Virus record (IMG/VR): IMGVR_UViG_3300011116_000925
Location: 1-64,000 of that record
DNA length: 64,000 nucleotides
Reading direction: 5' to 3' (one strand)
Origin: a virus
The notes beneath the pieces are model-generated. The model made no database searches. It was not told where the DNA came from and saw nothing but the letters and a program-made list of their open reading frames with translations. The position numbers were made by a program, and so were the translations under genes. Shown here in pieces: positions 10,247 to 20,166 of this stretch. The number at the start of each line of letters is the position of its first letter. The first letter of the stretch is position 1.

Positions 10247-10999
10247 TTAATGATTTTTGTCTCTTACGAGAGCATGGCCTAGTGCTATACCACCAATGGC
10301 CGCCGCAGTACCAATAGCAACTCCTTTAGCAATTTTGGCTAGAGTGGATCCAGATTTATGTGGAAACTTTCCAGTTTCTGGATTTACTACATTTTTTAAT
10401 TCATAATTTTGATGTTTAGAAACTTTTTCCAATTCATGTAGGATATCACTGGTTCCCATATGACGCAAAGCCATCAATAATCTAGTTGCTGCTAATTTCC
10501 TTTCTGTTGGAAATAATCTATGCCAGTCACTAGCTAACCGTCGCATAGCACTATAGTCAGAATTAGTATTATATAAACTTTTATCTAATTTAAACAAAAA
10601 ATCACGATCCTGATCTTCATGTAATTCACCAGTTGCTACATGTCTTAAATATGCTTTAATTTGTAATAATGGCAAATGAATTCTAGCAGCCAATGTGTCA
10701 TTACTTGGATGTTTTCTAAGCTTTGATAAATTTATTTCACTTAGATCACTTAATATGGCCAATAAATTATATAGATCGGTGCAACTACTTCTAAACCCTC
10801 TAAAATCATTATATGCTAAAGTTTTGCGGGCATAAGATTGTGCAAAATACATAGTTTCTTTTTCATGCTTTAAGATATTCAATGCACATATGATCAACAA
10901 ACAATATCTAGCGGCCTGTTCAACATCCATTTTTTCTAAACTAGCCTTTTTAGTAAAAAATAATCCCTCATTAATATTATTGATAAATTCGGCTTTCAT
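10247..10999 (-). CDS. Hypothetical protein with head-protein-like leader and hydrophobic Gly/Ala C-terminus
   Basis: MKAEFINNINE...GVAIGTAAAIGGIALG. Confidence 0.65.
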   Translation of the reverse strand: MKAEFINNINEGLFFTKKASLEKMDVEQAARYCLLIICALNILKHEKETMYFAQSYARKTLAYNDFRGFRSSCTDLYNLLAILSDLSEINLSKLRKHPSNDTLAARIHLPLLQIKAYLRHVATGELHEDQDRDFLFKLDKSLYNTNSDYSAMRRLASDWHRLFPTERKLAATRLLMALRHMGTSDILHELEKVSKHQNYELKNVVNPETGKFPHKSGSTLAKIAKGVAIGTAAAIGGIALGHALVRDKNH

Positions 11000-11280
11000 T
11001 TATTTTTACCTTCGACAATAACCAAATGTTTTTCTTGTTTGATCTTAGAAATCCCTCGTTCAAATTTAGAATAATCTTTTCCTTTTATAGCTAGAATAAA
11101 TCTACGTTCCAATTCATCTGCAAGATCTGGATCAAAACTTTCTCTGATTAAACCAAGAACATTAATAGCACTCTTAATAGCATGGCTGGCTCTACTTTCA
11201 ATAATTTCTTCCTTTTGACTTATTCGGAATACATCATCAAATTCTTCAAGAAGACTACGTGTGGTCTTATGTATTGACAT
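10996..11280 (-). CDS. Hypothetical phage protein
   Basis: 94-aa ORF with AATAAATA upstream. Confidence 0.7.
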   Translation of the reverse strand: MSIHKTTRSLLEEFDDVFRISQKEEIIESRASHAIKSAINVLGLIRESFDPDLADELERRFILAIKGKDYSKFERGISKIKQEKHLVIVEGKNK

Positions 11281-11291
11281 CGTATGGATAT

Positions 11292-12713
11292 TTATTGTTT
11301 CTGGTCTGGTATCTTACGCATTGAATTCAAATAATCTCTCAATTTATTACCCTGTACTTGTGTTGCCTTAGGAACGAATGATGTTAAGTGATCATCATTA
11401 CCGTTCGATGTCACTATTTTAGATTTAGTCTTCAATTCATCATATATATTTCTACTTTCTAATGATGTTCCTTGTTCAGTCTGCAATGCATCTGTGATTC
11501 TTAATGTTTCAATATTAAAATCAAGGTCTACCTTACTTCCAACACCACTACTACTACGAGTCTTTAAGAATTGTATTTGATATCGTCCTCGTTCTCTCAT
11601 TCCTCTACTAGTGAATATACCAAACACATTATCAGCTGTTTGGATCTTACTCAATCCACCTGCGATATGACTGTGATCAAATTCAACTTCTTCGATACTT
11701 GCGCGATTTAATTGACTCGCTGTGACCAATAGATATTTGTGTTCTTTTGCCAAATTTCTTAATTCTTCACTAACGTATTTGTCCTTAATAAAAAGATCAC
11801 TAGGGCTAACTCGTTTATTATTAGGTAACATTAAATCCAAATAATCAACTAATATAGCATCAGGCTTCACTCCTCGTTGTATTTGAAATTCTTTTAGATA
11901 TGCTCGTAAGTCATTTGTTGTACTTTGTGCTGGCATCTCCTTAACTTGTAATATGCCAGATTTCTTACCAGCCATCGTGACTTTAATTTCAATATCATCA
12001 ATATTTTTAAAAATTTCTCTCGTACTCACTCCAGTGAGCATACTGTCTATTCGCATCGAGGTTAGTTCTTTACTTAATTCTAATGTAAAATAAATTACAT
12101 TCAATCCAGCCAATGCCCATGACAATGACAAATTTTGTAAAAATAAACTTTTTCCTGCACCTGACCCACCAGCAAAAATATTAAGTTCACCACGATTGAA
12201 TCCACCATATAATTTATGATCTAGGTTTTGCCAACCTGTACTTACCTGACCATTGCTATCTTTGATAGATAACAATCTTTTTCTAGGATCATCAAAATAA
12301 TTAATTCCTAGATCTCGAGTTAAAGCTATTTGTGTGGCCGCCTTAATTTTTTCCTCTACAATTCCGTATTCTCCTTTTTCAAGAAGATCTGCACTTTCTA
12401 AAATTGCCTTTTCTAAAGCCTTATGCCTACAGAATAATTCAAATTCATCAACCAACCAATTATAATGTTCTTCTTGTAATCCATCTGCAGGTATCAATTC
12501 GATATGAGTTGCAGCCTTAATTTGTCTGATATCTGGTAATGTTTTGTATTGATCAGTATAATCACCAATAAACTTGGCTGTTTCTCTAAGATTCTTATCA
12601 AAATAAAGATGACTAAAAATATTCTGACATCGAATAAATGATTCAGAATGAGCCAGAAACATTTCAAGAAATAGTTTCTGCATATCATAACTATATGATT
12701 TAGATTTATCCAT
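11292..12713 (-). CDS. DnaB-like replicative helicase (T4 gp41-like)
   Basis: Walker A GGSGAGKS, YFTLEL, Walker B ILVDYLDL, TASQLNR, KTR. Confidence 0.92.
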   Translation of the reverse strand: MDKSKSYSYDMQKLFLEMFLAHSESFIRCQNIFSHLYFDKNLRETAKFIGDYTDQYKTLPDIRQIKAATHIELIPADGLQEEHYNWLVDEFELFCRHKALEKAILESADLLEKGEYGIVEEKIKAATQIALTRDLGINYFDDPRKRLLSIKDSNGQVSTGWQNLDHKLYGGFNRGELNIFAGGSGAGKSLFLQNLSLSWALAGLNVIYFTLELSKELTSMRIDSMLTGVSTREIFKNIDDIEIKVTMAGKKSGILQVKEMPAQSTTNDLRAYLKEFQIQRGVKPDAILVDYLDLMLPNNKRVSPSDLFIKDKYVSEELRNLAKEHKYLLVTASQLNRASIEEVEFDHSHIAGGLSKIQTADNVFGIFTSRGMRERGRYQIQFLKTRSSSGVGSKVDLDFNIETLRITDALQTEQGTSLESRNIYDELKTKSKIVTSNGNDDHLTSFVPKATQVQGNKLRDYLNSMRKIPDQKQ

Positions 12714-13698
12714 GATTCATATTCATCCGAATCTTAATTTTACTCGTTGTTGCATATTCAATGATTAATTTTAATGTGACTAATTTCCCAAGATCCTTGA
12801 CCGCCATACTGACATCTTTGGCTGACCAAGGTGGAATACTAATTTTCCAACCTGCATCCAGTGCATCTTCTATCATTTTATATCCCATCGAATCCTTATC
12901 TGGAACTAGTATTTTTTCTGTTTGTAATTGATTTATCAATTCTATACGTTGTTTCGTTAATTCAGATCCTAATAATGCTAATCCATCAATTGCAATTGCA
13001 TCTAGTGGTCCTTCTGTGATAATAGTTCTAGCCCAAGATGAATCTTGATGATCAAATCCATATACATAATTATTAGAATTTTGATTATAATATTTTGGTG
13101 TTCTTCCATCTATTGTTCGGCTTGTGAATCCAACGATGGATCCTTTATATGTATAAGGAATAATTACACTCCTATTCATTAACATATATGTATTGGGTGT
13201 CCAATAAAATCGTGAATCTAATATATTATAGCCTCTATTTTGTAGATATTTTTTAACCGTATTATAATCAACAAAATCACATCCTGCTTCTTCCCATTCT
13301 TTCATTGAGAATGAATGTTCTGGTAAATCATACTGTTGAAAGGTAGTCTTAATTTTAAATTCTATATTTTCAAGATCATTAATTTTTCCATCTTTTGATC
13401 TTAATGCTTCAAACACAAAACTGTGAATGGTATTATCTGGAACGCCTGCCCATTGAAATAGATTTCGTAATTTAAAACCAAAAGCCCCACCAATCCTATA
13501 TCCAGTTTTAAATTGACAATTAAAACATTTATATGTGAAACTATTTTCTGTGATCAATAATCCACCGCGCCCGCGACGATCTGAAGTTTCTCCATTATGT
13601 TGACAACATATGGCATTGAAACTTCGCCATCCATTTTGATTCATTTTGATCTTGGATCTAATATGACTCAGAAATACTTGTTCCAGTATAGAAATCAT
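12706..13698 (-). CDS. DNA primase (T4 gp61-like)
   Basis: N-terminal Zn ribbon (CC...YKCFNC), TOPRIM EGPLDA and PDKD; adjacent to the helicase. Confidence 0.85.
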   Translation of the reverse strand: MISILEQVFLSHIRSKIKMNQNGWRSFNAICCQHNGETSDRRGRGGLLITENSFTYKCFNCQFKTGYRIGGAFGFKLRNLFQWAGVPDNTIHSFVFEALRSKDGKINDLENIEFKIKTTFQQYDLPEHSFSMKEWEEAGCDFVDYNTVKKYLQNRGYNILDSRFYWTPNTYMLMNRSVIIPYTYKGSIVGFTSRTIDGRTPKYYNQNSNNYVYGFDHQDSSWARTIITEGPLDAIAIDGLALLGSELTKQRIELINQLQTEKILVPDKDSMGYKMIEDALDAGWKISIPPWSAKDVSMAVKDLGKLVTLKLIIEYATTSKIKIRMNMNHG

Positions 13699-13729
13699 AT
13701 GTTATGATAGCAGGAATGAATTGATATGT

Positions 13730-14557
13730 CTAATAACGATATAAGACTTTATCAACAGTGCCATCATTTAAATCTTGATCTGGCATATATAGAATTTGCA
13801 ATCTTCGAAAAATTCCATAAAAATTATAATATTGAACACCAGTAAAATTTTCCAATTCAATTATTGGTGTATTTTGACCATATAATGTGATTGGAAAATA
13901 TGTATTCACTGTTGGCATAACATCATTTGCTAAGCTTCCAACAACTTGAAATCCTCCAGTATAATCTGTTCCATAAATTGCAATTGTATGTAATGCAATA
14001 TTTCCATTACTAGTAGGATGAGCATCTAAACTTCCACTTGTATATACACTAGTATATCCATCAACATAACTTGTTGATCCAACAAATGGTTCAAATGTTG
14101 TAATTATTTGACTAGAAACAAATCCACCAAAATTGCCATCTATGATTTCAACATATGCACTGGTTTCATAATTAAATCCAGTATAAAGAGGTAATTTACT
14201 CAATGTTTCATCTAGGAATGAAATGTTATAACTATAATATTTGATATCTAAATTCATACTATCACTGTCCAATAATGTTAGTGTGCATTGACCTGTGGCA
14301 GATCCATCAGTAATAAATCTGGTTAATATTAAATTACCAGTTTCTCTATCAATCATATCAAATTGTAATGTTTTACCTAATAAATTTACTGGTTTTTGAT
14401 CCTGATTTTGAATCGTAAACCTGTATTGATTCGTTACACCTTTGTTAATTTTCATTAATCTACTATAGATCATTGCATATCCTGTACCTGGTAATTCACT
14501 TAGAGTCAATACCAAATTCAACTTATTGGGATAATGGTAATGTATAAGTGGCTGCAT
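13730..14557 (-). CDS. Probable virion/baseplate protein (Ig-like N-domain)
   Basis: Beta-rich, 'F.I.NQDQKPVNL' motif, TATAAATA upstream. Confidence 0.55.
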   Translation of the reverse strand: MQPLIHYHYPNKLNLVLTLSELPGTGYAMIYSRLMKINKGVTNQYRFTIQNQDQKPVNLLGKTLQFDMIDRETGNLILTRFITDGSATGQCTLTLLDSDSMNLDIKYYSYNISFLDETLSKLPLYTGFNYETSAYVEIIDGNFGGFVSSQIITTFEPFVGSTSYVDGYTSVYTSGSLDAHPTSNGNIALHTIAIYGTDYTGGFQVVGSLANDVMPTVNTYFPITLYGQNTPIIELENFTGVQYYNFYGIFRRLQILYMPDQDLNDGTVDKVLYRY

Positions 14558-14627
14558 CAAAATATTTATATAACCATGTCAAATTGTATAAGTAAATTGA
14601 ACATGGTTTGGATGTATTAAATTTGAT

Positions 14628-14999
14628 ATGAATGATTTTAAAGAATTAATTGAAAAATTTCCCTTTATAACAATTGCTAAAGTTAGTGAAAATGAATACA
14701 TTGGAATAGTTCAAAACAGAGATAATCATGTTACCAGTTTTTATGATTTTAATCTGATAAAATCTATTGAAATGAAGAAGAAATTCCTAGAATTAGGCGA
14801 TACATGGTGGTGGGAATCAAATAGACAAATACCCATTAATATATTCTTAAAACAAGACTTTGCTATTTTTAGGGTAATTTTAAAAACATTTATTAGTAAA
14901 GAATTTAGTATTATTAGTGGCCCATGTGTGAGCTTAACAGAACTCAATAACAAACGAAGTAAAAGACGATCAATTCAATTGGTTAAGAAACTTTCTTAA
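14628..14999 (+). CDS. Hypothetical phage protein (WWWESNR.IPINIFL)
   Basis: 123-aa ORF in divergent orientation. Confidence 0.75.
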   Translation: MNDFKELIEKFPFITIAKVSENEYIGIVQNRDNHVTSFYDFNLIKSIEMKKKFLELGDTWWWESNRQIPINIFLKQDFAIFRVILKTFISKEFSIISGPCVSLTELNNKRSKRRSIQLVKKLS

Positions 15000-15801
15000 A
15001 TTCATCCTTTAATTTGATGACCATATCCATCGTCAAACCATAACAAGGTGCAGAAAACCATATTTCATGGTTACCTCCTGGTATTGATTCAGTTGGCCAA
15101 CTAATTGTGGTAAATTTATTGGATATTGGATCATAAGTTTGTTCCATCATTTTTATTGCATCAAAATTGAATGCAGAAAATTCATTGTAATTATATTTGT
15201 GTCCGTAATTCCTATAAGTTCTTATCTTATCACGAAATTCAATATCTTCAAATTTTAAATTGATCTGTTTTAGTGAATTTAAAAATGAATTGGAATCAGT
15301 TGGATTATCACATTCACACATCGAAAACAAATTCGTTAAAAGATTATTAATTCGAGTTGGCCTATGATGGAAACTATTCCACATATCATCTGCAGAACAT
15401 ATTCCCACTGTTGTTTCTTTTGTTGGAATCATTAAAAAATTCTTGCCATATCCAGCAGATATGTGTTCATTTGTTGAACAAATAAAACTCTTACTTCGTT
15501 TTGGATAATTTTTCCATCGAGGATCTATATCATCAATCCACCACGTATAATAATTGTGAGTATTAGCACTGGTTCTGATTGATGCTTTAGTAGGATTCAA
15601 ATAAATTAATGGACTATTAGAAAATTCAGTCATATTGAATCCTCTAAACATCTGTTTCTTCTCATCAAACAACGCTGCTTTTATAAATTTATTATGTGGA
15701 TGTGTTTCATCTTTTAAAATTTTTATAAAATTATCAAGTTTCTTATTTTTAGCAAATTCATCACCTGGCCAGCTTTCATTTATAAATTCATTATATCTCA
15801 T
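14983..15801 (-). CDS. Paralog 3 of a putative capsid-packaged ADP-ribosyltransferase-like family
   Basis: FRGF...RTSANTHNYYTWWID...YPKRSKSFICST...GYG...EIWFSAPCY. Confidence 0.6.
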   Translation of the reverse strand: MRYNEFINESWPGDEFAKNKKLDNFIKILKDETHPHNKFIKAALFDEKKQMFRGFNMTEFSNSPLIYLNPTKASIRTSANTHNYYTWWIDDIDPRWKNYPKRSKSFICSTNEHISAGYGKNFLMIPTKETTVGICSADDMWNSFHHRPTRINNLLTNLFSMCECDNPTDSNSFLNSLKQINLKFEDIEFRDKIRTYRNYGHKYNYNEFSAFNFDAIKMMEQTYDPISNKFTTISWPTESIPGGNHEIWFSAPCYGLTMDMVIKLKDEFKKVS

Positions 15802-16613
15802 ATTAATTTACCTTTTGGAAAATCCATAGCTTCCAATTGTTCAACCATTCCATAATGAATAGCATAACATGGAGCAGAAAACCATATTTCCTTACCATAA
15901 TTAATATTAATATTTGGCCATTCTTGTACCGAAAACCCAACTCTATTGGGATCAAAAATTGCATCCAATGTTTTAAAAATATCATAACCCTTAAGGGCCA
16001 ACAATTCCACAAAATCATTTTGGATGGTAATTTTTTTTCTAAATGTCGGATCTCGCAATGAACCATTTAATAATTGTAATGTATGCACAAAATCTTGAAG
16101 TGATTTTATTTTACTCCACATTACCATTTGAAATGATTCTTCAAATAATCTGTTTAATTCCGAATTGATATGATTTGGTTCAAATCTTCCAAAACTATCC
16201 CAAAAATCATATTTAGGACAAATTCCTATGGTTGTCTTTATCTGTGGTATCATAAGATAAGGTGCTCCATAATCAGCAGCGGTATCTAAATTATTGGTAC
16301 AAATAAAGCTTTTACTTCTTTTTGGATATTCATTCCATTTTTTGCTTATTCCATCAATCCACCAAGTGTAATAATTATCTGTATTTGCACTGGTTCTTTC
16401 TCGTGCATCTGATATATTTAAATGATAAATTCGTGGTTGTCTTTCATTACCAAATCCTCTCCAGATTCTCTTTGATGGATGTATTCCTAATTTAATTAGA
16501 TCAAATAAAGGAGAATTTGTATTTTGTAGTTCTTTATAAAATGTATTTAGATCAAGATCATGAGTATGTTCATCACCTGGCCAACTTTCCTTAAAAATTT
16601 CATTAGCTCTCAT
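15798..16613 (-). CDS. Paralog 2 of a putative ADP-ribosyltransferase-like family
   Basis: Start reassigned to MRANEIFKESWPG; same motifs as its neighbours. Confidence 0.6.
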   Translation of the reverse strand: MRANEIFKESWPGDEHTHDLDLNTFYKELQNTNSPLFDLIKLGIHPSKRIWRGFGNERQPRIYHLNISDARERTSANTDNYYTWWIDGISKKWNEYPKRSKSFICTNNLDTAADYGAPYLMIPQIKTTIGICPKYDFWDSFGRFEPNHINSELNRLFEESFQMVMWSKIKSLQDFVHTLQLLNGSLRDPTFRKKITIQNDFVELLALKGYDIFKTLDAIFDPNRVGFSVQEWPNININYGKEIWFSAPCYAIHYGMVEQLEAMDFPKGKLI

Positions 16614-17421
16614 TGTCATTTCCAAATCGTAATTTATCCATAATATCTTTGTGAATAGCATAACATGGAAAAGAAAACCAAATTTCATTATATTTTGGTA
16701 ATTTTATATTTGGCCATTTCATTGTACGAAATTTAAATTTAATTGGATCATAGATATAATCCATTGCCTTAAAAATATCAAATTGATTCTTTTTTAGAAT
16801 TAGATAAAAATCTGAATGATGATATAAATTATTATTCAACCGTATTATATTCTTTTTATCCAATAACATTGTATTCATAGATTTTAAAGTTTGAATAAAT
16901 TTTTCTTTAGATGTTAAGTCTAAATTCAATCCTAATGCTTCTAAAATTTCATTAAGATTACGATTAAGACCATCTGGACAATATTCCTTAAAACTACTCC
17001 AAAAATCATCATCTGGACATATTCCTATTGCAGTTGATTTGATCGGAATTAATTGAAAAACTTCTCCATATCCACCTGCAATATCTGGATTAGATCCACA
17101 GATAAAACTTTGACTTCTCTTAGGATAATCTTTCCATTTTTTACTCACATGATCTATCCACCATGTATAGTAATTGTCTGTATTTGCACTTTTTCTCACT
17201 GGTGCAGTAGATGGATCAATGTAATATACACCAATTTTATTTAAACCCGAAAAACCTCGATAAATTTGTCTACCAGATATTGATCCATTTTTAACAATTT
17301 TTGATTCAATAGATTTGGGATTTTTAAGGGCGCCGTAAAAATTTTTTAAATTCATAGATTGAACAATGGATTTCTTAGAACCAGGCCAACTTCCGCCTTC
17401 AAATAATTCATATGATCGCAT
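16603..17421 (-). CDS. Paralog 1 of a putative ADP-ribosyltransferase-like family
   Basis: MRSYELFEGGSWPG; YRGF, SANTDNYYTWWID, EIWFSFPCY; AATAAATA 4 nt before ATG. Confidence 0.6.
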   Translation of the reverse strand: MRSYELFEGGSWPGSKKSIVQSMNLKNFYGALKNPKSIESKIVKNGSISGRQIYRGFSGLNKIGVYYIDPSTAPVRKSANTDNYYTWWIDHVSKKWKDYPKRSQSFICGSNPDIAGGYGEVFQLIPIKSTAIGICPDDDFWSSFKEYCPDGLNRNLNEILEALGLNLDLTSKEKFIQTLKSMNTMLLDKKNIIRLNNNLYHHSDFYLILKKNQFDIFKAMDYIYDPIKFKFRTMKWPNIKLPKYNEIWFSFPCYAIHKDIMDKLRFGNDNES

Positions 17422-17424
17422 TAA

Positions 17425-18006
17425 TTATTTATTGTTTGATGCCTGATATTCCATGAAATTTAATTTCATAACAACTAACATTGCATATGCAATTGCATGA
17501 CTCTTTTTCCAATAATAACTATTGTCCATAGGTTTAACCCATACATCATCTAATATTTGATTCCAAGGTTTGTTTAGCAAGTATCTTTTTGCTGGTCTAA
17601 TGATTGACAATACTGCGGCCAATTGTTCAATTGAACGTGGATTAAGTTTTTTTACCAGAGCATAATGATCTGCTATATGTGGTAGACTTTTAACAATTTC
17701 TTTGATTTGCAACAGATCCCAATTTGGTTCTTTGTGTATTAGTTTATCTCGTAATTCTATGGAATCAATTCCTTGATAGGTTGTGTTATTCAACAAATCT
17801 AACTTAAAATATCCTAATTTTTCTGCAGTTTCATAATCTATGCTAGATAGATTCATATGATCTGTTGGTATATCTTGAACATAAATTCCAGTATTATGTT
17901 TTACTCGTATACCATGTTGAATCATACTTGCATTCTTATGTTCTAAATGAACTAATGCTAGGTCACGATTTATTAAGTCTATGTCAATGTCAGGTAATTT
18001 ATTCAT
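17425..18006 (-). CDS. Miniature DNA polymerase III alpha (family C) catalytic-core fragment
   Basis: PDIDID, KHNTGIY, GYFKLDLL, LAAVLSIIRP, KKSHAIAYA motifs in 193 aa. Confidence 0.8.
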   Translation of the reverse strand: MNKLPDIDIDLINRDLALVHLEHKNASMIQHGIRVKHNTGIYVQDIPTDHMNLSSIDYETAEKLGYFKLDLLNNTTYQGIDSIELRDKLIHKEPNWDLLQIKEIVKSLPHIADHYALVKKLNPRSIEQLAAVLSIIRPAKRYLLNKPWNQILDDVWVKPMDNSYYWKKSHAIAYAMLVVMKLNFMEYQASNNK

Positions 18007-18668
18007 TATAATTGAGCCATAGTGATTACATTCTTAACATATTCAACATCATCTGGCAAGCGTTTAAATTTCATGGACCAATATTGTGGATCAATTATAT
18101 TATTGATATAAATTAATTGTTCGTCATTAAGTCGACCTAGAGTTGATAGACCAGAATTGGAATTTAAAATCAACCAAGGACTAATCCGTCCATTAAAAAT
18201 GTCATTCACAAAAAGATTTAAGGATATTTCTTGGAAATATTCTGACAAAAATCTTTGATTATTATCAGCCCATAATTGCATATGTTCAAGACTTCTTTTA
18301 ACTGCGAGATCTATATTTTCGGACCTAATGTAATCTTTGATCCATAATGCATAAACATCATCTCGTATCCAATCTGATAATTTTACTTCATTTTTAATCA
18401 ACCACAAAGAATATGCTTCTGGGTCAATATTTCTAGAATTTAGACAATACCTACCAAATTTAGTAAATGCAGTATAATAACTACTTTTGTCAAATTCATC
18501 TATAGTTCGTTCCATTTTCATAGAATTGTAAAATAATTTAAATGCACAAAAAGCAATCATAACATATCTATCACCACGTTGAAGAAATCGTCTTTTTGGT
18601 TCACATACATGTTTAATTGTCGTTCTTTCATTTGTAAATTCCTTATGACAATGATCACATTTATACAT
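18006..18668 (-). CDS. Zn-finger-containing protein, probably replication-associated
   Basis: MYKCDHCHKEF...KHVCE; GRISPW motif. Confidence 0.65.
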   Translation of the reverse strand: MYKCDHCHKEFTNERTTIKHVCEPKRRFLQRGDRYVMIAFCAFKLFYNSMKMERTIDEFDKSSYYTAFTKFGRYCLNSRNIDPEAYSLWLIKNEVKLSDWIRDDVYALWIKDYIRSENIDLAVKRSLEHMQLWADNNQRFLSEYFQEISLNLFVNDIFNGRISPWLILNSNSGLSTLGRLNDEQLIYINNIIDPQYWSMKFKRLPDDVEYVKNVITMAQL

Positions 18669-19128
18669 CTTGTAGTTTTTTAACCATATCCTTTTCTTCA
18701 CCACGTTCAATGGCAAGATTTAACACATATTCTTTTCCAAATATTCTTATCTGAGCTTTCAAATCATCTATCTTAGCATCTGGATATATCTTCATTAGAT
18801 AATTTAAATGTTGATCTTTTTTTGAATCACGTTTGATATATTCAAATCTATGTCGCTCTCCAAGGCCACAGCTTGCCAATAATCTCCAAGTTAATCCTGG
18901 ATGTTTTGTACTCAATGACCACAGATTCGTATTCACGACCTGGTTAATTTTCATAAGATAATATTTCTTATGATCATCATCTCCTTGACTAGCACTCATC
19001 CATCTCATCAAAACACTAGGTGCAAATCCCTTTTTTTCATCATCAGACAATTCATCATATTGATTTATCTTATGCATTGCCAAATAATTAAGAGCTTTAA
19101 ATAAATCTAATTTATATACCTTTGCCAT
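18661..19128 (-). CDS. Possible clamp-loader small subunit (T4 gp62-like)
   Basis: F.P.VLMRWMS...N..VN...KHP.L.W pattern in a replication context. Confidence 0.45.
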   Translation of the reverse strand: MAKVYKLDLFKALNYLAMHKINQYDELSDDEKKGFAPSVLMRWMSASQGDDDHKKYYLMKINQVVNTNLWSLSTKHPGLTWRLLASCGLGERHRFEYIKRDSKKDQHLNYLMKIYPDAKIDDLKAQIRIFGKEYVLNLAIERGEEKDMVKKLQDV

Positions 19129-19377
19129 TTATTCTCCAGGATTATTTGGTGGTGAAAATTTTAATAACCATAAACTTTCTTCTTCTGGGCTATTAAATTT
19201 TAATCTAAATCTGAATCGTTGATGATTTACATCATAATATTCTTCCACTATATATTCACCAGGATATCGCTTTTGCATCTCTTCTAATCCATTTTGTGGT
19301 AATCTTGAGTGCCCTATGATGTTCTGTGATAGATGCAACCAATTTAAATACCATTGCCATTCAGACATTATTTCCAC
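19129..19377 (-). CDS. Small FxLxW-family protein
   Basis: Ends ...LKFNSPEEESLWLLKFS. Confidence 0.6.
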   Translation of the reverse strand: MEIMSEWQWYLNWLHLSQNIIGHSRLPQNGLEEMQKRYPGEYIVEEYYDVNHQRFRFRLKFNSPEEESLWLLKFSPPNNPGE

Positions 19378-19634
19378 CTAAGTATAAACATGCTTATTAT
19401 ATGCTCTTCAATTTTATCTGTAAATTCAATTTCACAGTAATTCACCTCAAAAGTTTTAGGATCATATGTTATCCAACATGCCCATCCTAATCCTTCATAT
19501 GGATTACAGAATTCATGTAATCGCTGACCAACATTTTCTTCCAACCATGAAATCAATAAATTATGTTCACCTGGATAAGAATTTTTATCAGATAATAATT
19601 TAATAGGATCGACCTCCATCAACATTATGACCAT
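19368..19634 (-). CDS. Small FxLxW-family protein
   Basis: WLEENVG...SMFILRWK. Confidence 0.7.
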   Translation of the reverse strand: MVIMLMEVDPIKLLSDKNSYPGEHNLLISWLEENVGQRLHEFCNPYEGLGWACWITYDPKTFEVNYCEIEFTDKIEEHIISMFILRWK

Positions 19635-19885
19635 TTCAAAATAAAATGTGTATAATCTGCATGATTATCAAATATAACTTGATGTGGCGCATCAGAATTT
19701 ATGTCAGACAATTTTACAAATGCGTTAAATTCGATTTTTAATCTAGTGGTAATAGCCAAAAAATATTCCTTAGAACTATCAATATCATTAATTGATTTTT
19801 CTTGATCTTTTTCAAAATTTTGCCAATAAATTGGACACTTAGAAAGTTCTCTTTCTAAATAGATAATATATTCCATTAAGACCAT
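19625..19885 (-). CDS. Small FxLxW-family protein
   Basis: CPIYWQNF...VIFDNHADYTHFILKWS. Confidence 0.7.
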   Translation of the reverse strand: MVLMEYIIYLERELSKCPIYWQNFEKDQEKSINDIDSSKEYFLAITTRLKIEFNAFVKLSDINSDAPHQVIFDNHADYTHFILKWS

Positions 19886-20166
19886 CGTAATATAAAATAA
19901 GACATTGATTCTGTTGAATCAAACGTAACGGTTTTATATATTAAATTCTCATCGAGACATATGATTGCATTAAATTCGTCCCTTAAACGAATCCTGCTAT
20001 ATTCTGTTATACTTATATGTTTATCTAATTCTGTATTAGATGACATCCATAATTCTTCAGTGTCAATTACAAACCGTTGCCAAAATTTTGGACATCGTGA
20101 CAAAATATATGGAAATGTTAGTATCAATGCATTAGTCATAATGCATAATATTAACAAAATTACCAA
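19876..20166 (-). CDS. Small FxLxW-family protein
   Basis: CPKFWQRF...VTFDSTESMSYFILRWS. Confidence 0.7.
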   Translation of the reverse strand: MVILLILCIMTNALILTFPYILSRCPKFWQRFVIDTEELWMSSNTELDKHISITEYSRIRLRDEFNAIICLDENLIYKTVTFDSTESMSYFILRWS

